Below are positions 26,178-64,000 of a stretch of DNA of 64,000 nt, one piece after another (positions within the stretch are counted from its first letter, which is position 1; every line of letters begins with the position of its first letter). This stretch comes from Hormiphora californensis. Taxonomy: Eukaryota; Animalia; Ctenophora. Below the pieces are notes generated by a model. That model saw only the letters and a list, made by a program, of their open reading frames with translations. It was not told the DNA's origin and did not search any database. The stretch is taken from the NCBI GenBank assembly GCA_020137815.1, contig CM035355.1, positions 2,604,001 through 2,668,000 of the forward strand. Direction: 5' to 3'. The translations under genes and the position numbers were made by a program.

Positions 26178-28288
26178 TTGTATGAACATCTCTTTACCGC
26201 GACTAAAGGAACGATTTTTATGGAGCGAAAAAGTCTTTTTTTTCATTTAGCACACGGAATTCTTAATTTCGGAGCGAAAGAGAAGCCCCGGGCCGGAAAA
26301 GTCTCATATTTTCCGGCCCGGGGTCTGATATTTTAGGCAAAAAAGTCTAGATTTTGACTTTTAAGTGCTTTTTGGCCAAAATATCAGCCATTTCTCCCTC
26401 GTCCGGATCTCAGGCGAGCACCCCTAGCCCAAGTTCTGTTACCCCTGGGGCCTGGGTCGAGCTATGTTCTGTATTGCACAGAGCCAGGGGCGGGCAATTT
26501 CAAGAATCCGACTTTAAAAAGTAAAAACGCAAAAGTGAAAATTTCAAAAGTTTTTTTGGCGACACGTACGTAACGCGCGCGCGGAGATCACGGAACGCGC
26601 GAAATTAATTTGCAGCGCAAGAAATTTGAGCTTGAAAAATAAAAGCTTGAAAAATTTAATTTTTTTTCAATTTTTTAACACGCGGCAGCAAATTTCTGAT
26701 TTTCACCGTCACTTCCTAGTCCGGACTCTGGTAAGACCTCTCATGCCCCATCGAGTATCTATAGCCCTATCTCTGACGCACCCAATAACACCCTATTGAT
26801 CTGATTCTCAGATTTGACATTTGTGAAATTCGGCCCTCGGAAGTCGGGAGTCGGCCGTCGGGATAGCTGCTAGGAACAACAGGGCTCTTGAAAAGCGCTT
26901 CCTTAAATATCCCACACTGGGGAGCCAACTAAACCTCCGGACACCGGTACTTGAATGGCACGAGTTGTACGGTTTCCCCAAGATTCACGCGTTGGTACTC
27001 GATTAGTTCTGGCCCCTGGAATAGCACATTAAGCATATGTAAACATTAACCAGACTGATCGAGGCCTGAGCGAGTGGTCCCTACCCCGAACTCCCTCAGG
27101 ACTGCTTCTGCGAGGTTTTTGATCCGATTGATATCAGACGAAAGCTTCTTTCTAAATTGATCTAATACAATATGATATGCGAAGTACAATGGTTCATTTG
27201 ATTTCACTTTAGCAAGCCAGCTAGAATGATTGTCATCTAGAAGAACTTACTTCTTTTGGTTTCAAACCCGGATACTACCAACATGAAGGCTTTAAAGTTG
27301 GTCACGTCCTCACAATACAATTACCGACATCATAATGTTCAACTATTGGCCATGTGGCCCGCCCCCATTAAGTACGTGGAATCCCCCCCCCCCCCCCCCG
27401 GCCCAACCAGCAACTTCCCCAATTCAACAACCAACTTCCCCCTCCGACCGACAGTTTGTTCGTGGGTGTGTACCACTGTATGTGTGTGATAACGAAACCA
27501 CGAGAACAAGAACACATGTGAGGTTTCAATTTCTTGGCTTCGTAGGGAAGTGGACATGCATTGTGTGGTGGGTGTTTGTGTATGGTAGCTTTAACCCAGC
27601 ATATATATACCCGTCCAGTATAAATAATTCCTTTTGTTACGTAACGCTGTGTTTATAACGAAGTTAAATGGCCTACTGTCACTGGCCCTTGTCTAATTTG
27701 TGCACCGGCTATAATTAATTGGGACTTCCAGCAATTCCAGCTTTGCGTTGTCACAACGCCGTTGTGTTTACCGTTTAGTACCTTGGTAGCCTACCAACCC
27801 CAACACCAGGGACAATTGATCGAACCCAATTTAATGTGTATGAGTCTCATTGTGATGGTTACCCCCATTTCTCTCTTCGGCAGTTGAAAAGTGATCCCAA
27901 TTGGTGTTGGGGTACTACTTAATATGTTTAGTACTTAGGCCCTGTTAACTACTCAGTTATAGTTTAGTGACGAGTTGTTCTTGTTCATCCTCCCCCACAA
28001 AATGAAGCGTTGTGGAACAAGCACAACATCACAGAGAGCTATGTGTTCTGCTTCTAACCACAGACCATGTTGTTTCTCATTCTGATTAGAGAGAAAGAGA
28101 AAATGAGGGTGAAGAAGAAACTGGGAAGGTGAGGGAGATGTGAGAGAGATGTGAGAGAGATGTGAGGGAGATGTGAGGGCGAGAATGAAAAAACGAAAAG
28201 AGAGAAAAAAGATAGAGAATGCAACAGCGTCATAGCAGTATGAGAGAGTGGTTGGTAAGGTGTATTTTTGGCAGGCTATCCTTTTCTT

Positions 28289-28330
<42 letters not shown>

Positions 28331-28396
28331 TCTCTCTATCTCTCTTGCTCTGTCTCTGTCTCTTGCTCTGTCTCTGTCTCTGTCTCTCTCACCTCC

Positions 28397-28495
<99 letters not shown>

Positions 28496-28842
28496 TCTCT
28501 TCTCTGTTTGTGTCTGTTTCAGTGTTTAATTTGACTTTCGTCGTGTTACAGCTGTTAATTGCCTCGTCTGTGTCTTTGTGTGTTCGTGTGTGAGAGAGAC
28601 AATCTTGTGTCATTCCGAAATCTACTCTCGTTATACTCAACTCCCGTTTACCCATTTCCCGAAATACATCTTCTCGGCTGTCAGTTATTTGCTCACAAAA
28701 CCCAACCCAGTATGCAGCAGGAACTTGGGAAAGGAAAGGAAAGTCAAAACTGACATTCGCCAACTTCTCGTGTTTACTGTCATTCCTTTTGGGAAATAGT
28801 TTTGGAAATTCCTTTGCTTTGTTGACCACAGAGTACGGGTGC

Positions 28843-56508
<27,666 letters not shown>

Positions 56509-57731
56509 TTTATAATAAATACACACACACACGCTAGTCATTTCCACTGGAAGCTGCTGTACATACATATCATGTGTGTTCCTGAAATCACCCTTGTTAA
56601 TATCATCATCATTTCTCTTATAAGTTTTCACTTTTTGAAAAAGTTTACATGAAAATAAAAGCGTTTGCAAAAGAGAATTAAGAAAGTTTGGTTGTTATCA
56701 AAAGTCTGATGTTTTGACTGAAGCAGTATTGATTGTCGAAATATGATTTGGCTAATTTGTATTTTAAAATGATTCTAGTTTTTAACACTGTGATTATTCA
56801 GCTTGTTTTTAATTCGTGATCGGATCATGTTCTCTGAAAAGACAAAAGTCAAAAGTGATTGCGCGGTATTTTATTGCGCGTCCATATCGCGCGGCGTTAA
56901 ATAAAAACTGCAGCTTGTCCATTTTAAAGTGCGTTTCAAACGACTTGACCTGAGATTCCTGGAAATTCAGGATTTCCCCTTTGTAAATACACGCGCAAGA
57001 ATTGCGGGTCAAGTCGCTTGAAACGGACTTTAAAAATCTGTTCAAACCCTTTTTAAATTTCTTTGAAAAGCCCTGCTTTATAAAGGCCAGCGTTAAAATC
57101 TGGGTGTTTTGGGAGTGCTGACAAACGGTTTTTTAGGGTTAGGGCTAAAGTAGGGTTAGGGTTGGGGTTAGGCCTTGAATTCCCTACCAGATAAACTTTG
57201 AATCAGCCAAAACGGTTGAGTGGTTTGGCGGTTAGAGCCATTTAAGTGAATCAACTTTTTTGGCAGCGCGCACCTGTAAACAGGCCTCCAAACACCCATA
57301 TCGTAACGGCGCCCTGCTTTAGAGTCCAATTTTATTCAACTGTTCACCCCTCAACTCGTGCGCGTGCGATATTTTAATTTACGCTGCGCGCGCTACACGT
57401 TAACATGTGATAAACGCGCAAAACAATTCCGCGCACGACTTTGGGGGGTGAACAGTTGAAAAAAATGGAGTATAACCTAACGAGGAAAATGCTTCCCGCG
57501 GGTGCACTGGAAAGGTCTTAAAATTCTCCTTCAAATGCACCCAGAATAAAGTCTATATCTTAACAGGAACCGGAGATATCACAAAAATTATCTTTGGAAA
57601 CAACAGGGGTCAGGGGGTGAGTCGTGAGAACAGTTAAATAATGGACCTTATCTCTGGTTCCTGTGAGATATATGCCTTCATTGATGTTCCAATAATTCAC
57701 AAACTAAATATATGATTTCCTATTTAGCGAT

Positions 57732-59024
57732 ATGAGAGGAAGACAGCAACCAAAGAGAAAATCCGGAGTAAATACCAAACCTGGGCTTGTGAAAGAGGAT
57801 ACTCAACAAAAAGAAGAGTGTGTTCCTCGGCCCTTTCTAAAAACAGAGCAAATCTTTGTTGACTTACCAATTAAAACAGAACCAGGAACTGGTACACGAT
57901 GGCCTGAAAATATTAAAAACGAGACTTGTGAACACTGCGGAAATGCGATCAAAAGCCTAACTTCTGAAGTGGCTATTCAGACCATCATTTCGAGGACAAA
58001 CGAAGTCGAAACCCAAACATTTTTTACTGGTAGTGAGCATAGCCTCATGGAGGAAACGAGTCTCGTGAAAATTATTGATGAAAAGGATTGTGGATCTGAT
58101 GATTCCGATAAATCAGAACTTCTGTCAGACAGTAAGTTGTTTAGCGTAGTTCTCGTCACACTTTTTCCATGACTTCCCCTAACCCCGTTGGCCGTTATTT
58201 AGCCTCTATAGAAGTTATCAAAATATTCAGTTTCTAACCATGCATTATATTCAGGTGAGCTATCATCATCATCACGGTCTTCTGAAAGTGAGATTTTGAG
58301 CGATTCTAGTGTGGACGATGTACCGAATTCGGATAACGATACTTCTAACAGCCTCAATCTAAGTGACTCTAGTTATGTACCAGCTGCCAAAAGATTAAAA
58401 AAACAACCCGGAAGTGCTCCAGGCCGGCCTTTCAAATGTAAGGAGTGTGGAAACACTTTCGCTCGGTCGAACCAACTGAAATCCCATATGAGGCGTCACA
58501 CGGGCGAACGGCTTTTTGTATGTAAGGAATGTGGAAAAAGTTTTGCCTGGTCTGGTAGCCTGACAACACACATGAGGTCCCACACTGGGGAAAAGCCATA
58601 CAAATGTAAGGAGTGTGGAAAAACATTTTCTCAGAGCAGCAACCTCAAAACCCACGAGAAAATACACACTGGCGAAAAGGCGTTCGAGTGTAAGGAATGC
58701 AGTAAAAAGTTTTGGTCTTCTTCCTATCTAAAAGTACACATGCGATGTCACACGGGAGAACTGCCTTATCGATGCGAGGTTTGTGAAAAAAAGTTCCGAC
58801 AACCTCAACACCTAAAATCTCACATGAGATCCCACACTGGAGAACAGCCGTTCAAATGTAAGGAATGTGGAAAGAGTTTTACCCATTTAAATACCCTTAC
58901 ACTCCATTTGAGAACTCACACCGGTGAAAAACCATACGAATGTAAGGAATGTGGAAAGAGATATACCCAGTCAAATTCACTAAAATCTCATTTAAAGAAC
59001 CATCACAAAGACGAAGCGGTTTAG
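57732..59024 (+). CDS. C2H2 zinc-finger protein (7 fingers), paralog 1
   Basis: Exons 57732-58131 and 58255-59024; seven CxxC...HxxxH fingers with TGEKP-type linkers. Confidence 0.9.
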
Positions 59025-59271
59025 TGAACAGTATATATCGGGAAATGGTTTGCGACAACTCGGAGGAATATCGATGTCGCTGATAGATATTTTTGCAATG
59101 ATGCGAGAACACTTTGCTCAGCAAGTGACTGGATTGTGATTTGATCGTTGACTAGTATTACTTTAATTTCTTCATAAATAAAAATATTACTCCCGTGATA
59201 TCGTATTATTCTTATTGTAAAATCTTTGTTTAATGTACGAATAAATTTCCCCAACTTTCCTTTTTAGGGAT

Positions 59272-60352
59272 ATGGAACGAAGATTGCAACCAAAGAGAAA
59301 AGCTCGAGCCAAAAAAGCTCGTGAGCGGCCATCATCATCGTCAGATATTTCTTCAGATAGTGAGGTTTTAAGCGATTCCAGTAATGACGATGTTTCATCT
59401 CAAATCAGGGTACAAACTTCAAAATCATTGTCTCAGAGAATTCCACCTGAAACTAAAAGCTCAGATAACGATTCTTCCGACAGCCCTTCCCTGAGTGACT
59501 CTAGTGAGGATTATGTACCAGCTTTTAAAAGGTTGAAGCCACAAATTATTATCTTCAAGAAACAACTCGGAAGTAGTTCCAAATCGGCCATACAAATGTA
59601 AGGAGTGTGGGAACACTTTTGCTCGATCGGACAGCCTGGAATCCCATATAAGGCGTCATACGGGCGAACGTCCTTTTTTATGCTTGGAATGTGGGAAAGG
59701 GTTTACCCAATCTGGAGCACTGACATTACACGAGCGTATTCACACGAAAGAACGCCCGTACGAGTGCAAGGAATGTGGTGAAACATTTAACCTTTCAACA
59801 ACTCTCCAATCACACATGCGAACTCACACTGGAGAAAGGCCTTACAAATGTAAGGTGTGTGGAAAAGGATTTATCCAGTCTGGTAACCTGAGAATTCACA
59901 TGAGGTCCCACACTGGGGAACAGCCATACAAATGTAAGGAATGCCCAAAAACATTTGCTCAGCTCAGCAACCTCAAATCCCACGAGAAAATACACGCTGG
60001 CGAAAAGGGGTACGAGTGTAAGGAATGCAGTAAAAAGTTTTCTACTTCATCTTATCTCAAAGTACACATGCGGTGTCACACGGGAGAACTGCCTTATCGA
60101 TGCGAGGTTTGTGAAACAAGATTCCGACAACCTCAACACCTAAAAGCTCACATGAGATCGCACACTGGAGAACGGCCTTACAAATGTAAGGAGTGTGGAA
60201 AGGGATTTGCTCATTCACATACCCTCACAACTCATTTGAGAACTCACACCGGTGAAAAACCATACGAATGTATGGAATGTGGAATGAGATTTGCCCAATT
60301 AATTTCCCTCAAATCTCATTTGAAGAATCACCACGAGGTCAAAGCGGTTTAA
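59272..60352 (+). CDS. C2H2 zinc-finger protein (9 fingers), paralog 2; 1-nt frameshift near 59582
   Basis: N-terminus and fingers homologous to paralog 1; removing one A from TCCAAATCGG restores SSNRPYKCKEC. Confidence 0.85.
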
Positions 60353-60633
60353 TGAACAGTTTGCGGTAGATTAGATAAATTTCTTAGCTGGGAATTTAAA
60401 TATTGCCAACAGAAATTATCGTAGTGATAATCTACACGGGTTGTTCTTCATTTAAAATAAGCATGGTTATTATTCCTGTAAATCGTAAATTACTATTCTT
60501 GCAGTATGACTCTCTGTCTGTTAGTACAAGGAATCAGACACACTTTCACAAGATGTATAGAGGAATAGTTTGATACAACATACAATTACTGTGCACAGCA
60601 CTATATAACACAAATCTATCAAAAAGCCAATAA

Positions 60634-62613
60634 TCATGGAATTGAATCTAGGTCGTCCATAGAGAAGTTAGGGGTGCTAAGGTTTGTAACCAACTCTTGA
60701 CCCACTCCCGACATGGCCGTCCAAGTATCAAGCACACCAGTCTTCTTTAGCAAGTCCTCCACATTACTGCTACGCCGCTTCTTCGCAAGCGGAGTCAGCT
60801 TCTCCAGATAACTGCCCAGGTCGTGTTTATCAAAGTCAACCAGGTCTGAGTCAGAGTAGATTAGGTTCTCAGTTGATTTCACTTTGGGACCTGCAGGGAA
60901 ATAAATTTGAGTTATCTGAGAGAGTAAGTTCACAATAAAATAACTTTTTGTGCGAAAAAATGTTTCATGACCAAACCATTAATCCTGATTATCTAACGGG
61001 TGTCTACTAAAAATTGTTACTAATTTAAAACGGCTGTAGAATTTTTAAATAAAGCTTTTAGTTGTCACCCGTTAGTGCAGTATCTTACTTGGTGTGGAGG
61101 AATCTCTCCGCCGCTGTCCAGCTGTAGAAGGGCCCTCCTCTGGATCATAGTCCATCAGCATCATCATCATGTGGGGTTTTAACGTCTCACCCAGGCTGTA
61201 TAAAGACGATGCATCACACTCTGAAACATCACTCCTCTGTGACCGATCACTCTCTAGCGGAGATTTGAGATCCAAACACTCTTCGTCTTGGTGATCGGGA
61301 GTAAAGAAAGTCTTCCAGTCTTCCCAAACCTCCTCCTCCTCTTCCTCGTTTGAACTAGTCAGTGTTCCGTAATCTGGAACAGGCCCACCTGTCAGCGGCT
61401 CACTTGGGTCATCCTCTTCCTCATCCACGATGGAGTCTTCACACGGTGACAGCTCTGTAAATCCCTCCATTTTGTGTCGAGTAGTGTTGAACTTTGAGAA
61501 TGCCAGTGATATCGCTGAGAAGGAGAGGTCGATGGGGCTCAGATCAGACGTTGCTCCCAGTCCACTGAGTTCAGATCCGCTTGCACTGTCCATTCGTGTG
61601 TACTTGGCTCTCCTTGCTTCACCCTCGGGCCAGGCAATGAATTTAGGAGACCGGGAGGAAGCAATAGAAGCAGCATCAAACGATCCCGCTGGTGTTGTAT
61701 AGTTACTGTCAATCGAAGAAACGTAGGAGTTAATAACATTTCTATGCTCGTCCTGAACTTTAATCCTCGGTTGTGTGTTACTCCTTGCAAACTGCTTCCT
61801 TAGGATCGAGGCGTTATCCGTCAGCGCGGAGAGTGTATGGGTGTCTCCCAGTTCAACTTGGGATTCGCTGCTGGGTAGTTTGTCACGACGTTCCACAAGC
61901 TGTGTTTTCATATTCTCCAGTGTGATGTCAAAGATACTGTGCACTGGCCACAGGGATGAATTGTAGTAGTTTGTCATGGTAGACAGCATGTGAGGATTAG
62001 TTAGCTCCAAATCACGGTATGTCTTGGGGACACGGATGTACTTATCGATAAACTCTCGTTTCGTTAAAACTTCCAGGTTATCCTGCTCTTGCTCCTCTGA
62101 GATCTCGGTGGATTGCTGGACCTCCTTCAGGTTCAACACATCGTGTTTGTAGTTCCAGTACACGTACTTGTGTTTACTGGTGGGGACGGGTTTTCCTCCA
62201 ATGACCCAGATCTATGATGTCCTGAGGAGTCACGTGACTCAGCTCCTTTTCCTTCTCATCAACCTCCGCGTCTAGGAGCATCTTGCGGCAGAACTGGACA
62301 AATCGGTTGGGCTTCTTTTTCTTAACCAGCTGCTCCACATTTTTGGGGTTGTTACAAAATGTAAATCTCTGTGATCCGATCCTCATTAGCTCTGGTTTTA
62401 TTGGGGCAGGCATTGGGATGAGCTCTTCAAGAGAGTCTTCTTCCTCTTCCTCTTCCATCTCCTCGAGATCCATACTGCTCCTGTAGCTACTCGCCGCACT
62501 TCCCCCTGAGGACCTTCTGGATGGGATCTGGTCTGCTGGACCTAGCCGGTTCCGAATCTTGGACTTAGTCTTTTCCGCCCATCCGCGTTTCTTTTTGATG
62601 GGCTTTTTGACAA
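60634..62613 (-). CDS. Uncharacterised acidic / Ser-rich protein (start not located); 1-nt frameshift near 62183
   Basis: Long open exon 62613-61089 (two ORFs joined by removing one C: RPTSKHKYVYWNY), then exon 60890-60634; canonical splice sites. Confidence 0.6.
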
Positions 62614-63660
62614 CTGAAAGGTGTTTTTACAAGTTAATTAACATGTGCAGCTTTTAATGATTGTAATTTTACACAGTGATTGAAAAATATATGCTTTGTG
62701 GTTAAAATGGGTAAAAGTAACAGTTTTACAATTCAAATATTGCACACACACTATATTTCTCAGAGTTTGCTGCTGATGAATGCCCGGTGTATTGTATTGC
62801 TGCCTAAAAATATGTCAATTAATCAATTCTATTATAATGATTTCACGGTGATTTCCACGGTGCCATAGTGCTTAGTTGTCTGGTACTGGTAGATATCGAA
62901 ATGGGAAAGAGCACAGCACACATATATGGTACATAGTGAGACATGAATAATTATTCATCTAACATGTAAAACTTTCGACTAGTGCTGGCAACAATTGTGA
63001 GAAATAAAAGTTTTCTTCTCTCAGTAGCAATATATAAGCAGCAAAAAAAGCAACACCATGCTGTACAAATAATCATCCTCAAGACCACCCCTTTAATCGA
63101 GTCCGATAATTCTCATCTGTTTCATCTCTTGTGCTACTATTGAGAAGACCGAGAGTTGGTTCGTGTGTGTGTGTATGAAGCGGAACAATATATAAAAGAA
63201 TCAGCTGCTATTTTCGACGGAGTTTTTGGGAAATGTCAGGAGGAACACGGTTCCACAAGGAGCGACCAATTATGGAACACTTTGCCTTTTTGTATGTGCC
63301 TGAAAGGGGCGGGTTAAAAAGAATTCATATCAAGTTTGAAAAGAGGGCTAATTTATAATTTGGTAGTGTAATAAGTTAATTTGAATGGTTTAGTCGAAGC
63401 ACTGCTAGCTTAAGCTTACGCATCTTCATTGCATTGTTTAGGATTTTTAGAATGCCTATAATACGCTAACTCATAAATCTTGACCAACTGCAATACCAAT
63501 AGCGCACTACTTTGATAGCTTTTAACTGATCTGATAATATTAAGAACCACTTTATTAAGAACTGAATGATTCTAATAAAATGGAACTTTATGAGCTGTAA
63601 ATGGTAGCTTACTCTCTTGTTGCGTGTGTGTTGCCAGCTAAATGGTGCAAGCTGCGATTG

Positions 63661-63844
63661 TTACGATGTCGTTAGAATTCCTTTACTTTTGGTGGTTGAA
63701 CTGGCGTATCCGAGGGCCAACTTGTGGTTTGTTAGCTCTTTGTAGTCGAAGAATGCGTCCTGGTCAGGATCTAGATCTGCCAGGAGGAGGATTTCCGCGA
63801 ATTCCTCCTCAGTTAGCGGATCATCGCCGATTCTTGTTAGTGCT
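63661..63844 (-). CDS. EF-hand (calmodulin-like) protein, 3' exon; gene continues beyond the window
   Basis: ALTRIGDDPLTEEEFAEILLLADLDPDQDAFFDYKEL resembles the C-lobe of calmodulin-like proteins; acceptor CTCCTTTTCTAG. Confidence 0.6.
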
Positions 63845-64000
63845 CTAGAAAAGGAGATAGAGAGAAATGAGTCGAGTTGAGAAGATAAAGACAAAAGAGA
63901 GAATGAAATGGAGAAATGGAGACCTCAAGCTGAATTGAGCCATGAAGTAGAGCATGAAATCAATGCTAAAGACAATGTCTTTGATAATCAGTTCCAAGCT

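Noticed and set aside
26200-27130. Probable repeat or TE fragment with hairpin GCCCCGGGCCGGAAAA...TTTTCCGGCCCGGGGT
   Set aside because: No matching termini or TSD could be defined within the window
57132-57172. Telomere
   Set aside because: Only a few degenerate TTAGGG units, internal to gene-dense sequence

Overview
Intron-rich eukaryotic (animal) DNA with GT-AG introns, AG/CT microsatellites and many non-autonomous DNA transposons. The repeat content and nested intronic genes suggest a ctenophore, probably Pleurobrachia-like; this rests on recognising the 109-bp MITE at 29486 and was not checked against a database. Genes in order: OST-alpha/TMEM184-like transporter (+, 5' end uncertain); large secreted Met/Glu-rich Sushi-EphRec-TIL-VWD protein (-); DNase II (-) interrupted just before its first HxK catalytic motif by a 2.0-kb TIR element; SAXO/TEX45-like ciliary protein (+); CCDC57 (-) with tRNA-Gly and tRNA-Ile in its introns; a ~28-kb PLEKHG1/2/3-like RhoGEF (+) hosting an intronless BPI/LBP gene and a head-to-head pair of novel secreted Cys-rich paralogs; two tandem C2H2 zinc-finger genes; an unknown acidic protein (-); and the 3' part of an EF-hand gene (-). 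The most unusual signals are: tandem repeats that repeatedly copy splice signals, a nested paralog pair with a constant N-half and variable C-half, a same-strand palindromic CCAAT mini-element, the transposon knock-out of DNase II, and unpaired splice acceptors just before start codons (possible trans-splicing or operon). Several single-base frameshifts, mostly in short homopolymers, are probably assembly errors. Exon structures were inferred by eye.
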